The notes: generated from the sequence alone by a model not told the origin. DNA of 64,000 nt from Schizochytrium sp. TIO01 (GCA_004764695.1 SMSO01000037.1:658747-722746); one strand, 5' to 3'; numbered from the stretch's first letter, positions 1 to 11,469 are shown. Numbers and translations: made by a program.

Positions 1-2
1 AT

Positions 3-725
3 GATATTGGTGGACTTGAAGATACTAAGCAAGCGTTGCGTGAGATGATTGTTTGGCCTACTCTCTTCAAAGACACTTTTGACACTCTCGGTGTTTCACC
101 CCCTGGTGGCGTGCTCTTCTACGGACCTCCAGGTACGGGTAAGACCTTGCTTGCAAGCGCTGTGGCGAAAGAAACGCATGCTAGTCTCCTTTCTGTCTCA
201 ATCAGCGATGTGGTTCGTGGTCACGTAGGTGAAAGCGAGCGTATGATTGCAACCATTTTTGCTATGGCCCGCCGTGCGGCGCCGTGTGTGCTATTCTTTG
301 ATGAGTTCCAGGCAATGTTTGGCTCACGAGCCTCCTCAGGAGAGCTAGGTCGTAAAATGATTGCTCAATTTCTTCAAGAAACCGATACTCGTGTGCCAGG
401 CTTAGTCATTATGGCATCTACAAATGTGCCTGAAGCTATTGATCCGGCACTTCTTAGACCTGGTCGGTTCGATCGGAAGTTGTATGTTCCACTTCCCGAC
501 AAAGCTGGTCGTGAGGTCATCTTGCAGCGACGACAGGAGAAAATGCAATCATGGAATTCAGACGTTGACCTTACAGCCCTTGTCGATCGCACCACAGGCT
601 GGTCTGGGGCTGAACTGGTGTCTCTTTGTGACCGAGCTGCCTTGGAGGCTCTTAGACGCAACGGGCAGGATGTTGTTCAGGCTGATTTCGATGCTGTAAT
701 TCAACGCGTACAGCAGACGCATTAA
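3..725 (+). CDS. AAA+ ATPase of the CDC48/AFG2(SPATA5)-like group; C-terminal domain only, 5' end lies outside the window
   Basis: The frame is open from base 3 (DIGGLEDTKQALREMIVWP). Walker A GPPGTGKT, Walker B LFFDE and second region of homology ASTNVPEAIDPALLRPGRFDR are present. Confidence 0.9.
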   Translation, partial: DIGGLEDTKQALREMIVWPTLFKDTFDTLGVSPPGGVLFYGPPGTGKTLLASAVAKETHASLLSVSISDVVRGHVGESERMIATIFAMARRAAPCVLFFDEFQAMFGSRASSGELGRKMIAQFLQETDTRVPGLVIMASTNVPEAIDPALLRPGRFDRKLYVPLPDKAGREVILQRRQEKMQSWNSDVDLTALVDRTTGWSGAELVSLCDRAALEALRRNGQDVVQADFDAVIQRVQQTH

Positions 726-1320
726 GACCAACTTCACAAGAAATAGAAGGAGAGAATAAACTCTTTTTTAATCGACATTCCTACAGCTACATGTAACGTT
801 TCCCTTGTGCCATTCTCATACCAGGAAAGCTATGTTTAGCAAGGTGCAGAATATCTTTTGTGTTTTACATGTACTGCATCAGCTACAATTCGTTCTATTC
901 GGTCAGGATTTAGGATATGTTGTACGACTCCGCATGATGCTTCATTTTAATATTTTTTTTCGTAGTAATGGGTGAACTAGCGTGTCATATGTTTCTAAAA
1001 GAAGGTAATAATATATGGTTGTAATTTACGTAGAAAAATGTTTGATTCGTAGTGACAAGAGTAGGCAAAGGTTAAGGTGAGGTGGGTCTCTCTGTAGGCA
1101 ACTACGTCACACCTGTAAAACTTGATATATATTGCAATTTCTCTCAAAGGCCACGCTCTCCTCTTCTCTCTTTTTCGCAGAACGTTAAGGTCAAACATTG
1201 TATTTTAACGCGTCTTACAGAAAACAAAAAGGAAAAATCTATAAACGCTAATGGGTACGATTCTGATTGTAAAATTCAGCATTGCCCATTTTTCACACAA
1301 ACAAACACAAAGATGAAACA

Positions 1321-2775
1321 CTAATATTTATCTGCAGAGCGCCCCTCTGGTGAGGCAGCCTTCTGATCACGTTCGTCTTTCTCGTTGTAACCAAATTCAT
1401 CGAATGAAGGCTTCCATCGCTTGAGTACGTAGCTCTTCATGGGCTCTGGTACTGGCGTGAAATTATTTTTCTTGAAGGTTCCAAGAGAAGCAAGATAGCT
1501 TTTGAGACGGGGTTCAGCAGAATCCCAGGTCTTCCAGCCAAATTTCTCATATATTCCATGGAGAGTTTGCAAGGGGTTATCATCCAACTGATCATAAGAG
1601 ACAACTGCGAATTGCTCACTCGGGATCATGGATCTCGCAGCCTGGTACTCCTTGAATAAAGTTTCGTATTGGCTAAGAATGAATTCAGTTACCATTTCAT
1701 CAGTGGGTTTGGCTAAGTAAGTATGCCAGTACGTGGTATCAGCCATATGCGCTGCGCTTTTCCAAACTGTGAAAGGGTTGCGGTGAATGTAAATAAACTG
1801 CGCTTTGGGAAACAGCTGGTAGAACAAGCGTGCTCGTGCAACATGACACGGACTTTTGAAAATCATACGGTTTGTTTTTGCGCCTCGTGCAATATAGTCA
1901 GCTGTCACACGACGCATAAACTCGAAGAAACCAGCAACCCATCGAGTTCGTTCTTCTTCCGTGGCATCCTCAAAAGTGAAGAAGCGACGAAACTCTGGCT
2001 CACGGTTCATAAACATCAATGGCATGTACGGTGATGTCCCTGCGGTGATAACATTGATACCAAGCTCATCTTCTTGTGGGGCATCAAATGTGAGTTTTAC
2101 ATTATCCATAGGCCTCGTATCGCTCAGCGCTCCCTGGAAAAGGAAGGTCTTGTTTCCTAAAAGCTGGATTGCATTAGCGAATCCACACTGAAATGTATTT
2201 GGATAAATAAACTGATCATCATCCAAGGAGAGAAGGTTGAATAAGTGAGTGGTGCCTGTACGAGGATGACCAAGAATAAAGACCGGTTCTTCATTCAATT
2301 TAACATTGGCAACAGACTTGCCATACAGAAAATGTTCAAAGCTGGAAAGTACCGAATTAAATGTAGCCATTCCAGTTAAAAAGAAAACACGAAATCCATA
2401 TATCCGCCAATCCACATGTCTCCAGCGATTTCGCAAAATTTCGAGCCACTGCCCTAACGTAATTCCTGTCAAGATGTTGCATTGTGTGGAAAACTGAGAC
2501 TTGAAGGTGAACTTATAGGCGACGTCTGGGGTGTCTTTCGCAGAGCGGTAATAAGCCTGGTTGCCGAAAGCCAAAAGCAGACTATATGCAAAAAGCAAGG
2601 TGGCCAACACGAGCCATGTAGGCATCCAGTACAAGCTCACAAGAGCACCCACAGCTCCAAGTGCGACCACTTTTGGCACTGTGATTTCATGATACTCTGG
2701 TCTCCAGGCAGAAAGCATTTCCTTTTTTAGCTCTCGACCCTTTGACTCTGTGCTTGTTCGCTCAGTGTCAGCCAT
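1321..2775 (-). CDS. PAPS-dependent sulfotransferase (Sulfotransfer_3/Stf3-like) with N-terminal membrane anchor
   Basis: 484-aa ATG ORF. It has the 5'-PSB loop PVFILGHPRTGTTHL, the KSPCH and FIYIHRNP motifs, and a hydrophobic segment at about aa 35-70. Confidence 0.85.
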   Translation of the reverse strand: MADTERTSTESKGRELKKEMLSAWRPEYHEITVPKVVALGAVGALVSLYWMPTWLVLATLLFAYSLLLAFGNQAYYRSAKDTPDVAYKFTFKSQFSTQCNILTGITLGQWLEILRNRWRHVDWRIYGFRVFFLTGMATFNSVLSSFEHFLYGKSVANVKLNEEPVFILGHPRTGTTHLFNLLSLDDDQFIYPNTFQCGFANAIQLLGNKTFLFQGALSDTRPMDNVKLTFDAPQEDELGINVITAGTSPYMPLMFMNREPEFRRFFTFEDATEEERTRWVAGFFEFMRRVTADYIARGAKTNRMIFKSPCHVARARLFYQLFPKAQFIYIHRNPFTVWKSAAHMADTTYWHTYLAKPTDEMVTEFILSQYETLFKEYQAARSMIPSEQFAVVSYDQLDDNPLQTLHGIYEKFGWKTWDSAEPRLKSYLASLGTFKKNNFTPVPEPMKSYVLKRWKPSFDEFGYNEKDERDQKAASPEGRSADKY

Positions 2776-3882
2776 GGAATCCTTCTGTCGCCTTTCAACT
2801 CTTCTAGCGTGCTAAACACAAGTAATGTCGATGCCAACCTCCCCTACGACGATGAGTCGGCTGCTCTGGTCACTTGTAGATAAGATACTAGACACGTGTG
2901 GTAAGAAGCACGTTGAGTTCACAATTGTCAGCAATTGTTCCTTCCCGCTCACTGTACTACCATAGAATGCATAACACTACGCGCAGCGGTGTGATGCTTT
3001 GCGCTTTGATTTATCCTTTTTCTGTATTGCGTCATCATACCATTATTACCTTCATGATGTAAGAGACTTAAGCAGCACCTTATGTGATATCTATTTAGTA
3101 CGTACTGAATAGGAGTAGGTTGTGCTATTGCTAACGAAGGTACTCAGCACTTCTACAACCCTCTATACTTTGCCATGTCATTTCATTTTATCTCTTAGGT
3201 GCAAGGAATCAGTAATTTGTTGTGACCTAAAGTTTCACGCAGGTAAAGGATCAAGAAGAGAAGCCTATGACTTGCGCGACTGCTTATGCCGCCCCAAGTC
3301 ATGTTAGTATTGTGTATTGATGTTACCCGCTAATTGCAGCTTGTGAAGTTGAAATTTTTGACTTCCACAGCGAGGACTTATTTTTCCAAGACTTGCTAGT
3401 TTCAAGAATTGAGAACATACTGCACTACGGGTAGATAAAATATGAGCGTCTCATTTAGCAGCGCAATTAGATCAATTGTTCTTGAATTTGCTACCCCCAT
3501 AGTTAATGCATAAACATGCTGCCCTCCGAAATTGACCAATCTTGACCGAGAGCAAAAAGGCTCGCCACATCATAAGCAAGAGAAGCGGATGCAAGGTGAT
3601 AATGAAAGCAAAAGCTCAAAGTAAGATGCTTTGCCTCAAGTCAAAACAAAATAAGAGATTGAAATAGGAAAAAAAAAAAAAGCTCACTCACAAGGTTAGC
3701 TATTGCCTGTGGAGGTAATAACTAAAATCATGATTTGGAAAGTCTCTTTGAATGGATGAGCTAATATACGTCTACTAGGTATATTTGCAACGCCAGCCAT
3801 ACTGGATGGTACATGCACAAATGGAGACGCGAACCCTACACGAAATTTGCCGATTCCACAATGACATACAAGAAACCTCTGA

Positions 3883-5583
3883 TTAATTGAAGGTGCCTTC
3901 CTCACTAGGGCTTAGAGGAGAACCCATGTGGCCAGCGGCATTGTTGTTCGAGTTCTCTAGTGTTGGCACATGCGCCTGTGGCGGGTAAAGGCCTGGCGAC
4001 GTGCTTGGGGGGGTGTTTCCAGAGTTATTTGCTGTCGGCGGTGTAGGGGAGGCACCAGAAGATGGTCGAGGGACTTGAACTGCTTGAGGCTGAAAAGGAG
4101 CAGGTCTCGAAATTCCAAGAGATGATGTATTTTGAGGAGATGGTGCAGACTGCTGTTGCTGCTGGAAGGGTTGGTGCGGTTGGTAAGGTTGTTGCGGCTG
4201 CTGAGGAGACGGGGCACTGCCTCCGAGACTCATGTTTTGCATCGCAGCCACAGGTGTAAAAACCTGCACATTGGGACCACCAAATGAGCTCGGAGGTGCT
4301 GAGTGAGATGGACCAGCACTAGGACTGTTATATGCCACCGGAGCAGACGTATTGTTTCCAGCATGGTACGAGACATAACGACCCTGTGCAAAGGGCGACT
4401 TCCTGGCCATGGCAGGATTATACGTAGGAGGAGCCGCGGGACCTGCAGAAGTTGGTGCTTCGTATCCCACATCGGTATAGGAGGATTTGTTTCCGTATTT
4501 GGCAGCCAGGGTAGGGTTTCCGACAGTTGTAACAAAACCATCATCGTGGAGCATAAAGGGCCTGGAAGAATCGCTGCGGCGATTTGGGTCCGTATAAGAA
4601 GAATGGACCGAAGTTGGTGGCACAGCACTCCCCATGGAGGGTGGAGCATTAGATGACATCTGCGAAGTAGTCGACTGGAACGGTGAAGAAGGCGGCTGAT
4701 GTTGCACACCGGGCTGCTGTAAGTGGGATTGTTGAGGGTTTTGGGGCGGCGTAGGCGGTGTAGAAGGCGAAGGCGAGGGTGGGTTCTGAGCGGTACTCGG
4801 GTTGAACGGCATAGCTGGCATGCTACTGCCAGGTCCAGATGCATTCTGGGTCTGCGTGGGCTCAGGTGTAGACATGGCCGAAGCAGGGTTAAAAGGCGTT
4901 GAGGCTTGGGTCTGAGGAATAGCAGGAGGCTGCTGTGGAATTGAATTGTTGCCCTGCTGAACACCAGGAGGTGCCATCATTGCCTGCATTTGAGCATCAA
5001 GGGCTCCGGACTGGGAGTCAAGATTTTGATGGCCACTGTAAGCTTCTCCCATCTTGGGCGGAGGTGCAAGGTTAGCAAGCCGAGCTTTGTGGGCTTCTGG
5101 GTCAATGGTGGCACCCACAATCTGCGGCGCAGTGCCAGTGCGTTGCTCTTCTTCGAACATGATAGGCATGAGATACTGGCGTAAACCAAATCCCTGGGCA
5201 ACATCATAGCCGTTTTTGCCCTTGTCATTTTTCTCAAGAATGCTAATACCATATGCAAGGAACTTCTTGACCAATTCGGTGTGTCCCTTGGCAGCAGCAA
5301 AGTGCAGACAGCTATTGTTACCTTGGCCTTTGGCACGGAAGTCAGCTCCGCGCTGGATTAAGTAGTCCACAATATGGGCTTGGCCGTTAAAGCATGCCAC
5401 ATGCAGAGGGGTGTTGCCATTTTGATTACGCCAATTCACATCATACCCGCGGCGCTCGATAAAATCCTGTACGGTAGCAAGATCGCCACTTGCAATCGCT
5501 GAAAGAAACCTTTCTTCGTCTGTCGGCTCCGGAGCGAGTACCTTGTACAGCTCATTCACCTTGTCCTCGAAAAAACCAAACAT
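3883..5583 (-). CDS. Ankyrin-repeat protein with long Pro/Ser/Gln-rich disordered tail
   Basis: 566-aa ATG ORF. Ankyrin repeats GNTPLHVACFNGQAHIVDYLIQRGAD and NNSCLHFAAAKGHTELVKKFLAYG are followed by a low-complexity C-terminus. Confidence 0.88.
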   Translation of the reverse strand: MFGFFEDKVNELYKVLAPEPTDEERFLSAIASGDLATVQDFIERRGYDVNWRNQNGNTPLHVACFNGQAHIVDYLIQRGADFRAKGQGNNSCLHFAAAKGHTELVKKFLAYGISILEKNDKGKNGYDVAQGFGLRQYLMPIMFEEEQRTGTAPQIVGATIDPEAHKARLANLAPPPKMGEAYSGHQNLDSQSGALDAQMQAMMAPPGVQQGNNSIPQQPPAIPQTQASTPFNPASAMSTPEPTQTQNASGPGSSMPAMPFNPSTAQNPPSPSPSTPPTPPQNPQQSHLQQPGVQHQPPSSPFQSTTSQMSSNAPPSMGSAVPPTSVHSSYTDPNRRSDSSRPFMLHDDGFVTTVGNPTLAAKYGNKSSYTDVGYEAPTSAGPAAPPTYNPAMARKSPFAQGRYVSYHAGNNTSAPVAYNSPSAGPSHSAPPSSFGGPNVQVFTPVAAMQNMSLGGSAPSPQQPQQPYQPHQPFQQQQQSAPSPQNTSSLGISRPAPFQPQAVQVPRPSSGASPTPPTANNSGNTPPSTSPGLYPPQAHVPTLENSNNNAAGHMGSPLSPSEEGTFN

Positions 5584-6387
5584 GATGCACGGATGTCCCT
5601 AACGATGCGCTTTTTCTTTTTTGATGTTGGCCTCCCTCAATTTGCACAATCCTACCCGATAAGTTATATAGGACTGAGGGGAAATTCGCGCTCTTCTCTT
5701 ACGGCTAGAAGCTCCACGTCCTCTCTTCTAACTGTCGAAGATCACTCTAGACAACAGAAGTGGAGATTCGCAGACACTTACAGGTCCAGGTCCAACTTTA
5801 TATAGGTGTGTACGTCTATAAAGATGAACGAGAAGATGACTCTAGCCAGATGGATTGGCGCTGGCCTTCTCAGCCTCGTCACCGTCTGACGGTTCTTGCG
5901 CAGCAACTCAGCGCTGCTTTGGCAAGACAGAGGTTTGGCTCTAGCCTCAGGAAAGATGTCCTTCCACCGAGGGACAGCTGACGCCTCAGCTGCGTCACGA
6001 GCCTCGTTCGGATTTCCTGCTCTGCGGTTGTCTGTGCCAATGTTCGTTCGTCTGTTTATTCTTTATATCTGTTTGACGTGTCTTTCTTTCTCTTCTCATA
6101 GAGGTGAACTCAATTGCACAATCGTTAATTTGCATTATATTATACCAACTCCTCAACCATGACTGACTGGGCGTCGCAGGTACTCAAAACGAGAGAGATG
6201 ATCTTCTTATTCGAATCTCTTTGAGCTTTTTGTCGAGCTCTAACAGCGCCACTTTGATCAAAAGTCGAGGCCGAAATCAACTTGAACAAGTTCGTCACGG
6301 TTGAAGTTGTTCTAAACTACTTCTCAGTACCTGTGTAGTAGCTACTACTAACACGTCCTCGCTTCAGCTTCGCTTCCAATCTTCATT

Positions 6388-6578
6388 TTAAAACCCACTT
6401 GCACTTCAGAATAGCCCACTTGCAAGAGCCTATAACTCACTTTCCGTCGCTATAATCCACTGTGGCGTGCAATTTCCCTTCGCCGCACTCATGTGGGCTC
6501 GCACAGTGGGTTATAGAGGCTGCAAGAAGGCTATAGAACTGATAAAGTCGGTTTTAGGGTGGCACAAGTAGGTTATAG
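6388..6578. repeat. Dyad-symmetric array: 4 direct plus 4 inverted copies of a 13-bp motif (consensus CTATAACCCACTT) at 20-21 bp period
   Basis: Direct copies start at 6388, 6409, 6430 and 6450. Inverted copies end at 6516, 6536, 6557 and 6578. All four pairs share the axis at 6483. Confidence 0.85.
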
Positions 6579-6654
6579 AAAGTCAACATAGGCACAATGA
6601 GTTTGGTCGCAAAACGAGATTGATCAATAATTCAACCTTGGCGCTGCGAGCACG

Positions 6655-9600
6655 ATGCTGCGTGGGGCGAGCTCAGTGAGGGTGCCTCGCGTGGACGCGG
6701 GTCCATTGGGGGCCTCGGCCCAACAAGGGTCTGTTGCTGCGTCGGATTCGCGAAATATGCAACAACAGCAACAGCAACAGCAGAAGCTTGCCATGGAGAA
6801 GGAGAAGAACCCTTTCACAGCACAGATACAAGAGCATCGAAAATTAGAAAAATCCGAAGAAGATATGTCTGAACAAGATCATAAACATGCAGTGGACAAC
6901 GGGGTCAAAACTATTCCAGAGGAAATCAACGTGGCGCCAAATTTAGGAGTTGTCGATGTTTGCAGAAATGATGAATGTGGAAACTTCGGAAATGGTGTCG
7001 GCATGCCAGAATCAGCGGGGTTGCAGAATACTGAGGATGACGACATTAACGCCAAGAGCTGCGAACCTGCGAGTGTACCTCGTGCTGGGTTGATACAATC
7101 TGGTATGGTTACGAATATGACGGTATCGGCTGCTGCATCAAGCTATGGTAAGGACTCGAGCGTGTGGCTGGCTTTTGCTGTGGAGAAGCGCTCGATTCAT
7201 GTTGCAGAAATCACCGCTCCGCAAAATACTTCAGGAGAAAAGGCCGGGGAACCAATGTTCAGTGAAAACGCTCTTCAAGAAGCTCCTATTGCGAAAATGT
7301 GGAGGGTAGCAAATCTGAAAGGTCTTCAAGCGTTGCGATTTGTTGGGTCTCATGAATCCACCTGTCTCGTTGCTGGGTATGCCAATGGACTTATCCGAGT
7401 CATTCCTGTTAGCGAAGAAACAACGATAACAAGTCGGGAGTATGTTCTCCATGGTGCTCCTGTGCAGGATATTGCTTATACATTTGATCTTGATAATCAG
7501 GATACACAAAGGTTTGGTCATGAGGAGTTTTTCGAAGCTGAGAATATGGCATCAGAAAGCAGCTATAGCGGTGAGGATGACTCTCATCGCGACGAAGATA
7601 GTTCTGAAAGTGAGGACAACAACATTGTTCAAGGACTTGTTTGGCTCTTATATGAGGACCGGACTATTGTATGCGTTACGCTAAACGAGCTCGTCACATG
7701 CCCAAGTTGGTCAGAACCGGAATCCATGCGCATTTGGAAACTTAAACAACAGCGCGATGTTCAAGCGTTTGCTCCATTTCGTTGGAACCCCTCATACTAT
7801 GCACCAGAAGCCCTCCTTTGGGACCAGTCAACAATAGAATCTTGCAATGCTTACGCAATTCTTACAGTAGGCGTGCGTCCTGCATGGGCAGTTCATGTGA
7901 CTGAGCAATATGACCCGCACCATATCCATGCAGCATCACACTCCAATGGAGCTTCGTCACTTGTTCGTAGTGTTGTTTCATCAGTTGCAACCTCACTAGG
8001 TAACCGCGTATTCTCTATGGCTAGGATGTGGGGTTATGGTGGTGGAAGCTCGGCCACACCAGAGAATGAAAATGAGTCATCGCCATCGAGGTCTCCGAGT
8101 ACGTCTAATGCTAATGAAGAAGCTCCTGATGGCCTTGCCGAAGAAGATGATCGGAGGAGCCAAGGATCTTTGGAGGATGAGCAGACATCGCGACCTCCCA
8201 AACTGAATATGAAAGAACGAGCGGTTGATGCTCGCTCGAGTCGAGGACTTTTAACCAATCTTTCTGCTAGGCATGCAATTTTTGATTCGGTAAACCGTGT
8301 TATTAGCGGCCATTTAAATGGATTTGACCCGTCTCAGCGCTATGGAATCACAGTGGACTCTTTAGGTCGCGTCACGTTGCTGGACACATGCGGACTGAGA
8401 CTCCTACGGGTCTGGAAAGGTTATCGGGATGCCCAGACGGGATGGTTAACAAGAAGTGAACAATGGAAAAGTTCTGCTACAGCTGCTGCAGATGATGATG
8501 ATGCCGATGATGGCAGCGATGGCAAAAACAAACATAGAGATGTGAATGCTGGTAGTATTGATCAAAACATGGAGAGAGAATCACTTGATCAAGATACGGA
8601 TATACCACATGGACAATATCTTGTGATTCTTGCACCGTGGCGTGAAACAGTACAGATTTGGCGGGTTCCGGGGTGTGTGCTTGTAGCAAGTCTTCGTTTG
8701 CCAGAGTGCAGGGTAGGTGGCGCGCAGCTCGTAACTCAAGTGAATGGGGTGACAGGTGAAGCTCGGTGCTTTCTCGTCCGCGATGGAGCAGAGGATGACC
8801 TTCTTGATGTGCAAGAAATCATAGCTTCACGGAAGAATCTGGAACGTCTTATGACACACTTGAGTAAGGGAAAGAATCAGCAAGCTGGGTTTATGACTCA
8901 TCAATTCAGACAGGCTCTCGTGAATGGTCGTTTGAAGCAAGCCGAAACCGTATTCCTGGAAACCTCCCAAGCAGATGTAGTGTGGCGATTATTACTGGCT
9001 ATGGATACGGATATGACTGGTGACTCTCTCCCACCAGCTGTAGTACATTTGCGACTTATCAAGCATGCCCAAAAGGTAATCAGCGACATGAATCAAGATG
9101 CAGCTTGCGAGCGCCTTGCAAAGCTACTTGTGGCAAGAGAGAAACTTGTTAGATTGTACAAATCATTATCTAGTAAACGGAAGATCAACAATGTCTTATC
9201 GAGAGTTGGCAGTACAATTGACGACGTAGACATTGATACTTCGGTTATTCCATATACAGCTGATTCTCTGTTACCGTTTTTCCAATCTGAGAATCTCGAG
9301 CAAGTAGTAGACGCAATCAGTGAGCATGATTTTCTTCTAAATTTTCAAGCGCTCGTGATGCGGGACATGGATGATCTCTGTTGGACCGATCCATCAAATG
9401 TACAACCAAGTGTATCGGAGGCATGGGTTCATCTGAATGATGGTCCCTCTTCAGCATTGTTCGCTGCGTGGTTATTCGAGCCTCTCCTCATTGATGTATT
9501 TCAATATTCAGTTGTACTAGAGACTATGACAGCATTAGGTGGAGTGAGGCTTAGATTTTTGGAGCTCTTCATCGACTGGTGGTTTAAACTTCCCTTATTG

Positions 9601-11469
9601 CGTGTTTTGGATGCTCTCAGTAATACATCAAGTGTGCTTGTCCGCGCACTGAACCATTTTCTTTCTGACCAGGTTTCTGAAAAAAGCACTGGCGATGAAA
9701 CTTTGGATGATGTAGATAAGGCTGACAACGACAGCGCGGGTGATACCAATGCTGATTGTGGCGAGACAGAAGTTGATACTTCTTCTTCTTCTGATAATAG
9801 CACAAGGGGTATTTTGATGATAACGAAGAAAGCTCAAGCTAACACAAGGGTGTGCCACGCACTTGTTCTGGTACGTCTAGCACTTCGTGCGCGTCCCGAT
9901 GAGGAGATTTTCGAAACAGCAGTTGATCGATTAGAAGATGTACTATGTATATGTTGTAATACTTGTCGGAGCGACTTGAGTGTTGATATGCTGGCTGATG
10001 TTTCCCAAGCTCCATTCACGAAAGTTGTCGCCAAGGCCTTAACGGAGCAAATAGATATATCAGGAATCCTGGATCGCTTTCCTTTGCATTTGCAGCTGGG
10101 TGATGATTTAGTTCGTTTTCACCAATCAATGTATTTGTGCGCAGCAGGTGATCTCTCAAGGATTATCAACATCGTAGAAGGAATAAAAAACAGCGGGGTG
10201 GCTCAGGGTATCGCGTGCCAAGTTCGAGAGAAGGCAGTTCTTCCCCGTTTGCACAACATTGCATTGGACGAAGAGTTTTGCGAAGCTGCAATGCGTTTAC
10301 TGTACTTGATGCTTCCAGCTGATAAACGGGATGGGCTTTTGCCAAGTCAACCTCAAAACGATTATAAATCTACACAAGCAGATATAGTGAGCGAGAATGA
10401 AGACTCCAAAAAGAACAACACGGTTGTGGAGTTTCCTCCGCTTGATGATGGCGTGCGCGAAGAAATGTATCATATCTCTGCTCGTGTTGCACCAGACTAT
10501 GTCCAGCGCGAGTATGTGGCTTTTCAAGCCTTGAAAGGTTTACTACGTGTTTCAGGTCCCGGTTCTCCAGACGGTCCATCTCCCGTAAGGTTGGTGCAAA
10601 GTTTGTTTACGCGAAGTCCTGAATTGTTTAGCGCGAGATCAATCTATCAAGAGGAAGAGTTTCAGCAGGGAAATACGGCTTCTACTCCATTAGGCTCGCT
10701 TTCTGATGATGCAGCCAGGGGATTAATTAACGAAGAAGTAATTGCTCAAGCCTATCAGAAGGATCATTCGGAGGAAGCAAGTTCTTCTCGAGATAGTGAA
10801 GAAGCACAAATCATATCGCGTCGTATCAACCTTGTACAACGTGTTCTACGTTCTAACCTGGATGATCCTAAGTATGCCTTTGAGCTCGCAAGGGCGCTTG
10901 AGGTATCTGAAGATAAAGTGAATGTTGAACTTGCCTATGGGCTTTATGCACGTGGTCAAGATGACGCAGGTAAGGCGATTGCTGAACGCGTATCCGATCA
11001 AGAAGCTCTTGCGTTGTTACTCCTTTCAGTTGCTCGGCAGCGAATGGCTTCTGTGTTGCAGGTACTGGAGGATCTTCCACAGTACAGGCACTTGCTAGCT
11101 GTAATTTCTGCCGACACCTCGAGATGGATTAGAGCTGCTGCTATCAACAGGTCTCACTCTACACAACAACGATATCCACAAGATGGAGCCAATTCAACAA
11201 CTTCACGATCGGGTTCTCCAGCGGCAGTGTCTCTGGAATCGACTGGGACGTCTACATCTGACTCATCATCAATATCAAGCCAACAACACCAGCACCAACA
11301 ATCCGCAGTAAAGGTTGGGGCACAGACTTCGGCATTGTCGTCAACCTTGGTACTTTTGCACCAGATTCTTATGCATCTTTCAGGTTCTCCATCAGCTCAG
11401 CGCCGGGCATCGCAGATGGCAACAGCTGCTGATGCTCTATTTCGTCGCGTTCAGGATGCCCTTCGATAG
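6655..11469 (+). CDS. RAB3GAP2: Rab3 GTPase-activating protein non-catalytic subunit-like
   Basis: 1604-aa ORF with family signatures DSLGRVTLLD..RLLRVWKGYRDAQTGW and YLVILAPWRETVQIW. The true start may be a later ATG (6757 or 6793). Confidence 0.8.
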   Translation: MLRGASSVRVPRVDAGPLGASAQQGSVAASDSRNMQQQQQQQQKLAMEKEKNPFTAQIQEHRKLEKSEEDMSEQDHKHAVDNGVKTIPEEINVAPNLGVVDVCRNDECGNFGNGVGMPESAGLQNTEDDDINAKSCEPASVPRAGLIQSGMVTNMTVSAAASSYGKDSSVWLAFAVEKRSIHVAEITAPQNTSGEKAGEPMFSENALQEAPIAKMWRVANLKGLQALRFVGSHESTCLVAGYANGLIRVIPVSEETTITSREYVLHGAPVQDIAYTFDLDNQDTQRFGHEEFFEAENMASESSYSGEDDSHRDEDSSESEDNNIVQGLVWLLYEDRTIVCVTLNELVTCPSWSEPESMRIWKLKQQRDVQAFAPFRWNPSYYAPEALLWDQSTIESCNAYAILTVGVRPAWAVHVTEQYDPHHIHAASHSNGASSLVRSVVSSVATSLGNRVFSMARMWGYGGGSSATPENENESSPSRSPSTSNANEEAPDGLAEEDDRRSQGSLEDEQTSRPPKLNMKERAVDARSSRGLLTNLSARHAIFDSVNRVISGHLNGFDPSQRYGITVDSLGRVTLLDTCGLRLLRVWKGYRDAQTGWLTRSEQWKSSATAAADDDDADDGSDGKNKHRDVNAGSIDQNMERESLDQDTDIPHGQYLVILAPWRETVQIWRVPGCVLVASLRLPECRVGGAQLVTQVNGVTGEARCFLVRDGAEDDLLDVQEIIASRKNLERLMTHLSKGKNQQAGFMTHQFRQALVNGRLKQAETVFLETSQADVVWRLLLAMDTDMTGDSLPPAVVHLRLIKHAQKVISDMNQDAACERLAKLLVAREKLVRLYKSLSSKRKINNVLSRVGSTIDDVDIDTSVIPYTADSLLPFFQSENLEQVVDAISEHDFLLNFQALVMRDMDDLCWTDPSNVQPSVSEAWVHLNDGPSSALFAAWLFEPLLIDVFQYSVVLETMTALGGVRLRFLELFIDWWFKLPLLRVLDALSNTSSVLVRALNHFLSDQVSEKSTGDETLDDVDKADNDSAGDTNADCGETEVDTSSSSDNSTRGILMITKKAQANTRVCHALVLVRLALRARPDEEIFETAVDRLEDVLCICCNTCRSDLSVDMLADVSQAPFTKVVAKALTEQIDISGILDRFPLHLQLGDDLVRFHQSMYLCAAGDLSRIINIVEGIKNSGVAQGIACQVREKAVLPRLHNIALDEEFCEAAMRLLYLMLPADKRDGLLPSQPQNDYKSTQADIVSENEDSKKNNTVVEFPPLDDGVREEMYHISARVAPDYVQREYVAFQALKGLLRVSGPGSPDGPSPVRLVQSLFTRSPELFSARSIYQEEEFQQGNTASTPLGSLSDDAARGLINEEVIAQAYQKDHSEEASSSRDSEEAQIISRRINLVQRVLRSNLDDPKYAFELARALEVSEDKVNVELAYGLYARGQDDAGKAIAERVSDQEALALLLLSVARQRMASVLQVLEDLPQYRHLLAVISADTSRWIRAAAINRSHSTQQRYPQDGANSTTSRSGSPAAVSLESTGTSTSDSSSISSQQHQHQQSAVKVGAQTSALSSTLVLLHQILMHLSGSPSAQRRASQMATAADALFRRVQDALR

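Noticed and set aside
6388-6578. CRISPR-like repeat-spacer array
   Set aside because: The repeats are 13 bp with 7-8 bp spacers, half are inverted, and there are no cas genes.
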